IMG/VR virus record: IMGVR_UViG_3300044826_000112
Reading direction: 5' to 3' (one strand)
Length of the DNA: 64,000 nucleotides
Origin: a virus
Numbering within the stretch: position 1 is the stretch's first letter; each line of letters begins with the position of its first letter. Both the position numbers and the translations under genes were made by a program. Positions 47,998-57,567 of this stretch are shown here, piece by piece. Below the pieces are notes generated by a model. The model made no database searches and was not told where the DNA came from. It worked only from the letters and a program-made list of their open reading frames with translations.

Positions 47998-49368
47998 ATG
48001 ATCAATATCACTCTGTTCGAATCCCTGGTAACCGAGCGTGACTTCCTGGATAAGAAGTTCCCGGACCATCACAACGTGATCAACGTACTGGCAAACGATG
48101 GCAAGCTCTACCGCTACCATCGCTATGCCGGTGAGCGTGAGCTCCTGACGAAGATCGCCGAAACCCCCATCCGTTTCGTCGATAAGACTCAGCTCGTAGA
48201 GCGTCGTCAAATCGTGCCGGGCGGAGTGCGTGTTCCGATGCAGCTGTTGAAAGACATCGAGAACTTCTTCCGTGCCTTCATGATCAAGAACGTGACCTCC
48301 GCTGCCGGGTATCGCCCGGGCCACGGTGACTACGAGGCTATGGCCTTGATCCTGTACAACCTGGATACACAGCAGTATCGCGTATCCATCCCTACCCAGA
48401 AAGTCTCCAAAGCATCTGTGTCCTATGACATCGATGACAAGGCTGACAACGAGATCGTGGTAGTGGATATCCACAGCCACAACTCTATGGGTGCCTTCTT
48501 CTCCGGTGTGGATGATCGTGATGATCGCTCCGGTGCTTGGGTGACGGGCGTACTGGGTAAATTGGATCAGCCAGAGTTCGCCTCGGTATGGCGTTTCAAC
48601 GCCGGTGCTACCAAGGTTCAGCTGACCATCGCTGACATCTTCGAAACCCCGACCATCACCGCTAACCCGGTTGATCAGGCCTGGATGGACAAGGTGCAAG
48701 TAGGCTACTCCAGCTACGGTGGTACTCCGTACTACCAGCGTCCGGTAGGCGGTGCCCAAGTGGGTAACTCCAAAGTAGGGGGTGCCCAGGTGGGAAACCA
48801 CAACTTTCAATCCGAAGCCAAAAGCCCCCGCATCTACGGTGCTGAGGTTGGAGGACTTGGTGGGGGAAAATCACAAGGGGGGTTCGGAAAAAACCCAGCT
48901 GGATTCCCCGTTGAAAGTGACTTCTTCGACCAAGAAGCCTACGAAGAACTCATGGACATGCTGGGTGTCGACGGCTTGGGCTCACGCCTGGACTTGGATG
49001 ACGACATCCCTTTCGAGGAGGACGAAGTAGTTGGTGAGGCCGATGCTTCTCTCGTCCGTCAAATTGACAAACTTCTCGGCCGAATCGAAAACGAGCACGC
49101 CTATGGGCTCGTAGTGGAGAACATCGTTCAGTACGTGACCGATGAAGCTGTCCTGGTGGATATGGCGGGAGAAGTAGTAGACCGCATCACCGATGGCATC
49201 CCGGATCTGACTGAGCGTGGTATCTACGTCATCACCGATCCTGAGCAAGTAGTAGATGCTATGGCCGACATGTGCGGCGAGTATCTGCATGCTGATCAAA
49301 TTGCTACTGCGTTCAATGAGATCTCAGAAGCTCAGGGTGTCCTCTACACATACACTCCCAAGGAGTAA
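47998..49368 (+). CDS. JAB/JAMM metalloprotease (PRTRC protein A-like) with acidic C-terminal extension
   Basis: EAMALI...PTQKVS...DIHSHNSMGAFFSGVDDRDD (E...HxH-x7-S-x2-D). Confidence 0.88.
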   Translation: MINITLFESLVTERDFLDKKFPDHHNVINVLANDGKLYRYHRYAGERELLTKIAETPIRFVDKTQLVERRQIVPGGVRVPMQLLKDIENFFRAFMIKNVTSAAGYRPGHGDYEAMALILYNLDTQQYRVSIPTQKVSKASVSYDIDDKADNEIVVVDIHSHNSMGAFFSGVDDRDDRSGAWVTGVLGKLDQPEFASVWRFNAGATKVQLTIADIFETPTITANPVDQAWMDKVQVGYSSYGGTPYYQRPVGGAQVGNSKVGGAQVGNHNFQSEAKSPRIYGAEVGGLGGGKSQGGFGKNPAGFPVESDFFDQEAYEELMDMLGVDGLGSRLDLDDDIPFEEDEVVGEADASLVRQIDKLLGRIENEHAYGLVVENIVQYVTDEAVLVDMAGEVVDRITDGIPDLTERGIYVITDPEQVVDAMADMCGEYLHADQIATAFNEISEAQGVLYTYTPKE

Positions 49369-49371
49369 AAG

Positions 49372-50514
49372 ATGTTTCACACTCGATTCAACCGGATTGT
49401 GTCGAATGTGATCATCGTAGGTTGCGGCGGGACTGGTTCCCGCCTCATTCCTATGGTGGCACAGTTCATGAAAAGCTGCCCGGCTATCCTCGATCCGTTC
49501 ATCACCCTGATCGACGGGGATACAGTGGAGATGAAGAATCTGGCTCGTCAGAACTTCATCAAGCCGGATATCGGCCGTCACAAGTCCGAAGTGCTGGCGG
49601 AGCGTTATGGCGGGGCTATCGAAATCCCCATCGTATCTATCCCGGAATACTACCAGTACTCCAAGTACAAGGACTTCCGCGGCTGGCTGCAGAACCACTA
49701 CTCGAAGCTGGATCCGAACCTGGCCAACCGTTCTGTCGGTAGCCCGATCGTCTTCTTCGCAGTGGACTCTATGCAGGCACGGATGGAGATCTTAGCAGGC
49801 ATCATGTACTCTCGCTTCCGCAACCACACCTGGGCGTCTGTGATGCCCATCATCGTGGATGCCGGTAACGAGAATACCTTCGGCCAGGTTAGCGTGTATC
49901 ACGCGGCTGTCGTACCTGATGATTCCCACTACCTCCATCATCGCCATGTAGAAGAGTTCATTCGCAGCTTCAACTCTCTGAGCACCATCAAGAAGGGCTA
50001 TGTTGGCGGCGATCTCAACTTCCCACTGCGTCCTGCTCCGGTAGACATGCTGGTATCTGCCCTGGAGAACCCCTCCGAGGCTGACGTATCGTGTGCCGAC
50101 TTGGATCAGACTGCTGCGATCAACGCTCAGATGGCTGTAGGTATGTTCACTGCATTCCAGAACATCTGTCTGAACCACAAGATGACGATTCTGACTTCCT
50201 ACTTCGATATTCATAATGGCAACAGTCAGACGAAGATCGATGATTGGCTGCTGAATCTGCCGGAAGAGGATCCCTCTAAAGGTGCTCGGGTGACCGCTGA
50301 GCGTATCGCCAAGGCATTGAAGAAGGCCCGTGATGTGAAGACTTTGGATAATGATTCTTCTGAGATGTGCCGCCTCCTGGCGTCAGGCACGGTCGATATG
50401 GATATGACCATTATCCGTGATGCCCGTCAGGTAGCCCAAGCGGCTATCAAAGATGGATCTATCTCCAAGCGTAACTTGGAGTTGGAAGCTCTGCTTAACG
50501 GCAGGGCAGCATAA
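49372..50514 (+). CDS. ThiF/E1-like ubiquitin-activating enzyme
   Basis: IIVGCGGTGS, IDGDTVEMKNLARQNF, K..VLAERY, DAGN, SCADL (candidate catalytic Cys). Confidence 0.92.
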   Translation: MFHTRFNRIVSNVIIVGCGGTGSRLIPMVAQFMKSCPAILDPFITLIDGDTVEMKNLARQNFIKPDIGRHKSEVLAERYGGAIEIPIVSIPEYYQYSKYKDFRGWLQNHYSKLDPNLANRSVGSPIVFFAVDSMQARMEILAGIMYSRFRNHTWASVMPIIVDAGNENTFGQVSVYHAAVVPDDSHYLHHRHVEEFIRSFNSLSTIKKGYVGGDLNFPLRPAPVDMLVSALENPSEADVSCADLDQTAAINAQMAVGMFTAFQNICLNHKMTILTSYFDIHNGNSQTKIDDWLLNLPEEDPSKGARVTAERIAKALKKARDVKTLDNDSSEMCRLLASGTVDMDMTIIRDARQVAQAAIKDGSISKRNLELEALLNGRAA

Positions 50515-50540
50515 GAAAAGGGCCCATTGGGCCCTTTTTT
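50515..50540. terminator. Bidirectional terminator
   Basis: aaaagggccc-att-gggccctttttt between convergent genes. Confidence 0.75.
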
Positions 50541-51786
50541 AGCTAGACTCGAGGTCCGTTCTACGTTCACGAGAGGAGACGTCAGGAGTATCCGTAATGG
50601 AGAATACTGCCGCTTCCAAACCGTGAGTATCGAACATAGTCAGAGTACCTGCACGCTTATCCCAGCTCCAAGAGCCCATAGCTTCGGCGTGAATATCCAT
50701 GATCATGTCGATGACGTTAGATGGTACACCTTCAATACCTGCCAGAAGAGTCTTCAGCTCGTTTTGATCACTAGACATATGACCATGTACGCCTTCGATG
50801 GCGGACATAACGCCGGAGATCTGGCTACCAGTGCTCGCCATAACAGCCGATGCTTGATCTTGAACTACCTGATTGGTGTTAGTGAAACGAGAATTTACGT
50901 TATCGAAAAGCCCATTCATGCTGCTTTGCATGCTGGAAATGTGAGAGTGTACACCATTGAACTGGGTATCAGACACATCCTTTACAGCGTCCACTTGGGC
51001 AATTACCAGGTCTACTTTGGCACCCACAGTTTGACTGGTGGAAGTCACGTTAGTGTCTACCGCAGTAACCTGCAGAGCAATAGCATCCAGCTTATCCAGA
51101 ATATCCAGAATAGGAGACATGTCTACTGTGCCACCGCCGCAACCGCATCCACCACCATCTCCACTACCCTCGTAGTTATCAGGCACGAAGAACTTGAACA
51201 CCTGTTTGGATTCGATCAGCTGAACACCCATAGAGGTATAGGTGAAGGTGTGCCCGCAGATTACGCGGATCTTCAGGAAGGTGTCGATAGGCTGCTCTTC
51301 AATCACATGTACGTGGTTGAGCGTTAAGTCCCAAGGACGAGTATCGGAGTAGATCTCGCTGTTATGGTTGACCATAACGTGAGTATCCGGGTATGGCTTA
51401 GGGTTGTTCTCGTCGTCGATCACACCATCAGCACGGTATAGGACAAGCTCCCGGGAGCCACTGCCAGTGCGTGTGTTGTAGTGCATGTCGGTGAAGACTA
51501 CTGGAGAGTCCAGCAGCCAGCCGCGGTGGTAAATAACGCCGAAAAAGCAGGTGTCGTAACCGCCTTCGATCTCCCAGTTAATCTGCACGGTGTGCAGGTC
51601 GGTGTAGAAATCGGCCGGAATCCCATTGCCAAAGTTAGGGGTGTACTGAGAGACTGTTACACCTCGCTGGTACAGTTCGATCGTTGGCGGTTGGGAGATA
51701 TCCAACGGCAGGATCATCTTGTACACCATCGCTTTGTAGTTAGCCACGTCGCCGTGAACGATGGGGTTAGATGCAATTAGCTTCAT
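50539..51786 (-). CDS. Putative virion protein with a coiled-coil region
   Basis: Late-strand ORF; Gly linker followed by a heptad-like region. Confidence 0.6.
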   Translation of the reverse strand: MKLIASNPIVHGDVANYKAMVYKMILPLDISQPPTIELYQRGVTVSQYTPNFGNGIPADFYTDLHTVQINWEIEGGYDTCFFGVIYHRGWLLDSPVVFTDMHYNTRTGSGSRELVLYRADGVIDDENNPKPYPDTHVMVNHNSEIYSDTRPWDLTLNHVHVIEEQPIDTFLKIRVICGHTFTYTSMGVQLIESKQVFKFFVPDNYEGSGDGGGCGCGGGTVDMSPILDILDKLDAIALQVTAVDTNVTSTSQTVGAKVDLVIAQVDAVKDVSDTQFNGVHSHISSMQSSMNGLFDNVNSRFTNTNQVVQDQASAVMASTGSQISGVMSAIEGVHGHMSSDQNELKTLLAGIEGVPSNVIDMIMDIHAEAMGSWSWDKRAGTLTMFDTHGLEAAVFSITDTPDVSSRERRTDLESS

Positions 51787-52268
51787 ACAGATTCCTCCAT
51801 AGCCCGAATGTAGAGACGAATAGCTTTCGCTTTGTTAGCGGTCTCTTGTTCGGTTTGCTCTGTGGTCAGGGGCTCTTTGATGAAGTCGAATGGTGGAACA
51901 GCTTTGGCGTACCCTTCTTCCTGCAGTACGTAATGGCAAATAGTGGCCAGTACGGAGGAGTCTTTGATATCTACCAAGCCCTTCAGTTCAACTAAAGCCC
52001 ACGCTAGCTCGAGACTGTTCGGCATGTGCACGAAATCAGGCTCAAGCAGGTGTCCGTTTGCTACTTCTACGAAACGTAGGAAGTAGTCTGCGTTCTCAAG
52101 GAATTCAAGCGGGTTATGCTTGACGGCCTTGATCATTTGGATCTTCTCGACAGTATGGGGGTCGAAAGCGGCCCCCGTATCCAGGGAGAGCGTCTCTGTT
52201 TCCAGAGACGTCCAATCCTGGCCATACCGTCGAGTGAAGAGTTTATCAAGTCTCACTAGAGTGCTCAT
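51783..52268 (-). CDS. Hypothetical protein (late strand)
   Basis: Coupled ORF. Confidence 0.65.
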   Translation of the reverse strand: MSTLVRLDKLFTRRYGQDWTSLETETLSLDTGAAFDPHTVEKIQMIKAVKHNPLEFLENADYFLRFVEVANGHLLEPDFVHMPNSLELAWALVELKGLVDIKDSSVLATICHYVLQEEGYAKAVPPFDFIKEPLTTEQTEQETANKAKAIRLYIRAMEESV

Positions 52269-53116
52269 ACGATTCCTGCAAGTGTTTTCTTCTCAGCCAG
52301 AGGAAGTGCCTCAAGGGCATGCTTCATGTTAAGCGGGTCTTCTTTCAGAAGAGCACCGACGTCTGGGCCTAGGATAGCAGAAACCTTGCTGGAGCCCAAG
52401 GCGATAATCTTCTCAACCGGTACGGACTTAGAGCCCAGGTTGACGGTCACACCGGCAAGCTTGGTCATGAAGATGTCCTTGTAGATGTCACCGAGGTACC
52501 CAGCAGTCTTGTCCAGACCCATGATGGTGCTGGCAATGTTCCGCTTGTCTTCAGTGGACAGCTTGTATGGGTCAACGCCTTGGATTACGTGAGCAACCTT
52601 TTCGAACTCAGAGTTACCGGTCTTCTTAGCACGGTAAGTCAGAGCAGCGACAGCCGCTTCCTTGTTTAGGTGGCCTTCGCCGCCGTACAGACGAACAAGA
52701 GGAGACTGGATGTGCTCACCGTAGTTGTCTACCAGAGACTCTGCCATAGCGGCCAGCTTTTCCATGTCCGGAATACCGCTCAGGGAGCCTTCGAAGATCT
52801 GTTCGGCCATACGGACTTCAGCAGTCACATCATCAGAGGCTTGCTTTTGAAGGGCTGCAGCCTTGATCATCTTGTGGGCCATGTCTTCTACTTGATCACG
52901 TACGTCGTACAGTTCGACAGCTTTGCCGACACGACGCAGGTGTTCTTCGTCGACCATCTGGTTAGCAACCTTGGTCAGGAAGGTAATTTCAAGGGCTGAT
53001 GCGATAGTGGCATCCCTGGAAGTAGTCGGGAACTCGGTCTCTACGCAGGCCTGCTTGACGATTCCGGCAGCCTCCGGAATCAGTTCGATAACGTTCTTAA
53101 GTGCATATAGGGACAT
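52265..53116 (-). CDS. Putative head-internal/scaffold-type protein with repeated hydrophobic-x-K-x-A motifs
   Basis: AGGAGG RBS; about 9 KxA motifs. Confidence 0.55.
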   Translation of the reverse strand: MSLYALKNVIELIPEAAGIVKQACVETEFPTTSRDATIASALEITFLTKVANQMVDEEHLRRVGKAVELYDVRDQVEDMAHKMIKAAALQKQASDDVTAEVRMAEQIFEGSLSGIPDMEKLAAMAESLVDNYGEHIQSPLVRLYGGEGHLNKEAAVAALTYRAKKTGNSEFEKVAHVIQGVDPYKLSTEDKRNIASTIMGLDKTAGYLGDIYKDIFMTKLAGVTVNLGSKSVPVEKIIALGSSKVSAILGPDVGALLKEDPLNMKHALEALPLAEKKTLAGIV

Positions 53117-53127
53117 AAGTCCTCCTG

Positions 53128-54150
53128 TTACTGCGAATCTCTGTAATGCTTGAGGTAGTTAGCAAGGTCCCCAAGGGTGTCTGATTTAGACAGTTTCTGT
53201 GCATGTTCTGCCAGATCTTGATGTGGCTCGGAAAGGATAGATGCACTGTTAACTTGATCCATCATCCCTTTGAGCATTTTAGCCTTGTTGGCAATCTCGA
53301 CAGCCTTGTCAGCATTGGCGATATCTTCGTCAGTAGCGGTTCTGTTCGGGTTGTAGTTGCCGCGGATAGCATGGTCAATCATCTCTCGCGGGTATGGATT
53401 GCCGTCGTCGTCACGAGCGGCCTCGAGAGCACTGTTAACACGCTCGATGACCCCCAAGTCGTGCTCCATACGTGACTGCATGCCATCTACATCCAGCTCA
53501 TCTGCTTCATGCAGAAGACGGCCGTAGTTGACCGAGTTGATAGCCTTCTCATATGGCTTGACCAGCTGACCTACTGTGTTGATGATTGGGTTTGCAAAGG
53601 TTACCGGCTTAGGATCATCGTAATGGCGTACGGAACCAAACATGGCACCATAGGCATGAGCATCTGCGTCATCCCCACCTTTACGGATGGCCTCTAGTGC
53701 GTTGTGAACACGCTGCTTGTCCGACTCCTGGGCTTGGATCTTCTTAACGGCGTTGTAGGCGCCTTGAGCACCACCCATGCCGGCCATCAGGCCTACACCC
53801 AGTTGAACAGACTTGTCGGCAGCAGCCATACGAAGACCTGTCAACAGAGCTTTAGGACTCTTAGATAGCGGCATGAACCCAGAGCGGATAACCATTGCCA
53901 CCGGTAATCCGGTTACTGCACCGGACAGAGCTCCCCATGCAGCCTTAGCAGCCAGGGCTTTGATCCGTTGCTTAGTGTCCATAGGACGTGCCTCGACCTC
54001 ATGGGCAGAGGCGTACTCCTTCACGACTGCAGCTCGGTCTTTCATATCGAGTGTCGTAAAGTTGCGGTTCTCAAGGATGTCTGACAGGGGGACTCCGCTA
54101 TCGCGGGCAAGTCGAACCCCTCGAGCTACGTTAGTAATACTTACAGTCAT
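53128..54150 (-). CDS. Hypothetical virion/membrane-associated protein
   Basis: Start probably MTVSITN; two Gly/Ala-rich hydrophobic segments. Confidence 0.6.
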   Translation of the reverse strand: MTVSITNVARGVRLARDSGVPLSDILENRNFTTLDMKDRAAVVKEYASAHEVEARPMDTKQRIKALAAKAAWGALSGAVTGLPVAMVIRSGFMPLSKSPKALLTGLRMAAADKSVQLGVGLMAGMGGAQGAYNAVKKIQAQESDKQRVHNALEAIRKGGDDADAHAYGAMFGSVRHYDDPKPVTFANPIINTVGQLVKPYEKAINSVNYGRLLHEADELDVDGMQSRMEHDLGVIERVNSALEAARDDDGNPYPREMIDHAIRGNYNPNRTATDEDIANADKAVEIANKAKMLKGMMDQVNSASILSEPHQDLAEHAQKLSKSDTLGDLANYLKHYRDSQ

Positions 54151-54220
54151 GGGTATTCCCTCTCTAAAAAGCTGTAACTCTATTTTACCCATCGCATTTG
54201 CCCGCCGCTAGAGCTATCTA

Positions 54221-54488
54221 ATCGACACATGTGTCGGGTCATTTCGAGTCCCCACCACACATCAGAATGGCTATTTCATAGGCTTTTCGCCTGGTATGTG
54301 TCGGTTGTGTCGATTGTTCCACCCCAAAATACATACTCACTTCTGTAAAACCTCCGATGTGTCTTATTCTATATATCTCTCTATCTCTCGTAAGGAAAAT
54401 AAAAATAAATAAATAAGAAGGGCGGTTGGGGATTTTCCATGTACGGGGTATTTTTAGACCCTGGAACACGCACACATCCGACACATGC
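54221..54488. repeat. ~280-bp dispersed element, copy 2
   Basis: Homologous to 13171-13450, same orientation. Confidence 0.9.
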
Positions 54489-54627
54489 TACTAGATATCC
54501 TTTAGAGCAACGACATGTTCCGTGTAGCCGCCCCACACGGGTCCGGCACACACGTCAAGAAATCTCGAGATAATGGTATAACTATTGTAGAGAAGCCTTA
54601 TTACACTAACCATATTCGAGGTCCCAC

Positions 54628-54750
54628 ATGAACTTCTTCAAGAAAGCTAAATCCGTCAAATTCTCTATGAACCTGGCTCAGTTCCTGGCAGTCGTCAAGG
54701 TCCTGGCATCTACCATCGCCGGCATCGGCGTCCTCGTCGGAGTACTCTAA
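54628..54750 (+). CDS. 40-aa membrane peptide (MNFFKKAKSVKFSMNLAQFLAVVKVLASTIAGIGVLVGVL)
   Basis: GAGG RBS, typical codon usage; first gene after promoter motif 54575; absent from the ORF track. Confidence 0.6.
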   Translation: MNFFKKAKSVKFSMNLAQFLAVVKVLASTIAGIGVLVGVL

Positions 54751-54761
54751 GGAGGTACCCA

Positions 54762-55250
54762 TTGGCTAAACCAGCAATCCCGCTACCACGACTACTGAGA
54801 GGTGGTTCCGCAATGGTCCGGAACGTAAAGCCATCTCACGCAACCGATTCTTTAGTCCTGAAGCCGAACTACTATGTGGTCACGATTCAGGAAGACGGCT
54901 GCCCGACATTCTTCTATTACCCCTGCCGGGTAGTGGAGATGTCTGGCGGGCGAGTAAGAATCACCCGTTATCCACCCGTTGCTTTACCTGGAATCCTAAT
55001 GCTGTCCCGGAAGAGAGTCTACCTTGTCGACAAGGCTGACTATCAACGAGGCGTCCTTGGCGAGAACCGCCGCGTCAAGGATATTCAAGCATTCTTCAAC
55101 TTCGTGAGTGAGAAGTATGGAACTCCAGACCAAGAAGCAGCTGCAGCAGCAGTGCAATATCCGTACGCTGCGGACGTTGACCTTCCCGACAGTCAACAAG
55201 ACTTTATCCTACGATATCTGTCGGGTACCGAAGAGTTCTGGCGGATTTAG
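54762..55250 (+). CDS. Hypothetical protein upstream of the RT
   Basis: GGAGGT RBS with TTG start; overlaps the RT 5' end. Confidence 0.6.
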   Translation: MAKPAIPLPRLLRGGSAMVRNVKPSHATDSLVLKPNYYVVTIQEDGCPTFFYYPCRVVEMSGGRVRITRYPPVALPGILMLSRKRVYLVDKADYQRGVLGENRRVKDIQAFFNFVSEKYGTPDQEAAAAAVQYPYAADVDLPDSQQDFILRYLSGTEEFWRI

Positions 55251-56121
55251 AACGCTGCACGTGCCAAGACCGCACATGAAGATCGCCCAGGCAGTGATCC
55301 TCAAGTACGTTCTGAACCACCTTAAGGTACCTGACTATCTATGGGCTTTCGAGAAAGGCAGATCGATTCCTCAGATGACACGTCTACATCTGAATAAGGA
55401 GTGGGTCCTGTCGCTGGACATCAAGAACTACTTCACCAGCATCAAGCAGGTGAACATCATGTCCATGCTGGAGTCTCACGGCATAACCGATGAGGCTGCC
55501 CGGTTGATCTCGGAGATCGTTACGTACAAATTCTTTTTGCCCCAAGGTGCGATGACCTCGCCTAAGGTAAGCAATCTGTATGCTGCGTACACGTTCGGCC
55601 CAGAGCTGGAGTCCGCTCTCAAAGAGTTGGACATAACATTCACCATCTATGCAGATGATATCACGTTCTCCTTCGACTACTCCCAAGGGCTATGGGATGG
55701 CGTCAGGGATGTGTACCAAAACGTGCTGCCAGCCGAAGACCGGATCGAGATTCCCTCGGTCGGTTGTGGCAAAGCCATCTGCACCCTACTCACAGATATG
55801 ACCAAAAAGATCCTGAACCGACATCAGCTCCGGCTGAATATGGACAAGGTGAAGGTAATGGGTCCTGGTAGACGACACTGGATCTGTGGAGTAGTAGCCA
55901 ACAGAAAACCGAATATCTCAAAGGCTCAGCGAGACTTCTTACGAGCTGTCGTTCACAACATCACTGTGAATGGATTGGAAGTTGAAGCTGCAAAAGCCGG
56001 TCGTGAACCTGGCGAGTTCCTCTCGAACATCAAAGGCCGCATCGGCTGGTATCATCAACTCAATCCTGAGCGTTCACAAAGAATGCTCGAAACCATCAAC
56101 TCAATTGGAGTGCAATCATGA
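55117..56121 (+). CDS. Retron-like reverse transcriptase
   Basis: YDICRVPKSSGGFRTLHVP, LDIKNYFTSI, LPQGAMTSPKVSN, YADDITFS, ICG at the VTG position, GRIGW. Confidence 0.9.
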   Translation: MELQTKKQLQQQCNIRTLRTLTFPTVNKTLSYDICRVPKSSGGFRTLHVPRPHMKIAQAVILKYVLNHLKVPDYLWAFEKGRSIPQMTRLHLNKEWVLSLDIKNYFTSIKQVNIMSMLESHGITDEAARLISEIVTYKFFLPQGAMTSPKVSNLYAAYTFGPELESALKELDITFTIYADDITFSFDYSQGLWDGVRDVYQNVLPAEDRIEIPSVGCGKAICTLLTDMTKKILNRHQLRLNMDKVKVMGPGRRHWICGVVANRKPNISKAQRDFLRAVVHNITVNGLEVEAAKAGREPGEFLSNIKGRIGWYHQLNPERSQRMLETINSIGVQS

Positions 56122-56699
56122 CTATGGTAAACGAAATCCGCGTACAGTTCCGTGGCAACGCTATCCGTACTGGCTTCCTGTGGGGAGTTCAACTGGTAAA
56201 CATCACTGACATCTGTGCCGGTCTGGGTATCGATGTGACCCCTACCCGCTTCAACGCCATGCACCTAGATCAGACCCGTTCCTACTGGGCTCCGATGCAG
56301 GATATGGTTGCAGGCCTGGAGGCTCTGCTGGTTGAGATGGAGCCGATGCGGGATGCGTTCCCCGACATGATCAACAACATCGTTGTCTTCAAGGACATGT
56401 TGCCGGCTACCATGAACTTCCCGACTCCGGAGTTCCTGGAATATGCCCGTCAAGGCGGCTCCACCAACTTCGCTCTGTACCCGGCACAGATCCGTCGTTG
56501 CATCCTGGAAGCTCTGCACGTACCGGTCAGCGGAAACTCCTACACCGTAGATGTTCCGCAGCAGTACTCCACTCAGTATGCCATTATGTGGCATGTTGCA
56601 GATGCCTCTCTGCGTCGCTCTATGGCAGCCAACAAGGGCTACAAAGAGTGCTACCAGACCATGAAGCAGGACATCACCACTGTAGCTGCTCTGGTGTAA
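56118..56699 (+). CDS. Hypothetical protein translationally coupled to the RT
   Basis: ATGA overlap; followed by a UUCG hairpin at 56704-56725. Confidence 0.75.
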   Translation: MTMVNEIRVQFRGNAIRTGFLWGVQLVNITDICAGLGIDVTPTRFNAMHLDQTRSYWAPMQDMVAGLEALLVEMEPMRDAFPDMINNIVVFKDMLPATMNFPTPEFLEYARQGGSTNFALYPAQIRRCILEALHVPVSGNSYTVDVPQQYSTQYAIMWHVADASLRRSMAANKGYKECYQTMKQDITTVAALV

Positions 56700-56757
56700 T
56701 CCGACAGGGGCCTTCGGGCCCCTGTTGTCTATCCTATCTCTTTTTAAGGAGTGTATT

Positions 56758-57528
56758 ATGAAAGTGACCGTAGGCGGCAGAGAAGTTACAACTAACTTCA
56801 AAGGCTATCTGAAAATAACAGACTTCAAGTGGATCGCTCAGTACGTAGATTACGAGGGCTCCATAGTCTCCATATCCGCCCGCACCGGGTACCATGTAAG
56901 AAACCTTCCCGAGTGCATTAAGAAGTACTTCAAACGTGAAAACATCCCACTAAGCGATGTCCGCTGGTCTGATCCAGCAAAAGGCCCTGGCGGTCCGGCA
57001 TACGTACACCCGCTGGTATGGATGTATGTGGCTGATCGATTGGGCCCGGTCATCTCCGAGGCTGTATCCGCCAGATATCATATTGCTCAATACATCGATG
57101 GATACAAGGCAAACCTCCGACAGCTCCCACCTCCTCAAGCTCCGGCTGCTCCACGTCCAAAGCTTGACGATCCGCATCAAGTTCCGCTGGTTGATGATGC
57201 TATCGAGGACCTACGTCTGGCCATCCAAGTTCAGCTGAGCCAAGCTATCTCCCCGGCTCAGATCATGTCTGACATCCTCCATGACGCAGAGAGTCTGGTT
57301 CTCCGCGGATACACAGGGGTACGTCTGCCTTTCGAACGTACTGCTATCCCTGAGTTGATCCAGGTGGCGGTCAAGGGGTTCTCCGATGGCTTGGCAGCCA
57401 AGAAGGTGAGCGAAGCTATGGTCGATCACTTCCTCCATAACATCAATCCGCTCCTTGATGCTCATCGGGAAGTAGCTGGGGTTCTGCGTCCTACCGGACC
57501 TGCGGATCTTCACCTGGCTAAAGGATAA
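56758..57528 (+). CDS. Hypothetical protein, possibly KilA-N-like N-terminus
   Basis: AAGGAG RBS; GYLKITD and GGPAYVHPLV resemble KilA-N. Confidence 0.5.
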   Translation: MKVTVGGREVTTNFKGYLKITDFKWIAQYVDYEGSIVSISARTGYHVRNLPECIKKYFKRENIPLSDVRWSDPAKGPGGPAYVHPLVWMYVADRLGPVISEAVSARYHIAQYIDGYKANLRQLPPPQAPAAPRPKLDDPHQVPLVDDAIEDLRLAIQVQLSQAISPAQIMSDILHDAESLVLRGYTGVRLPFERTAIPELIQVAVKGFSDGLAAKKVSEAMVDHFLHNINPLLDAHREVAGVLRPTGPADLHLAKG

Positions 57529-57567
57529 TGCGGCAACCGGGTATAAGTCATATGAAGGGAGGATTCG

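Noticed and set aside
49372-50514. Thiamine/molybdopterin biosynthesis ThiF/MoeB
   Set aside because: No thi or moa genes are nearby; the context is E2, JAB and a TKG-ending Ubl.
55117-56121. Diversity-generating retroelement or group II intron RT
   Set aside because: No TR/VR pair differing at adenines was seen, there is no maturase or endonuclease domain, and the motifs are retron-like.
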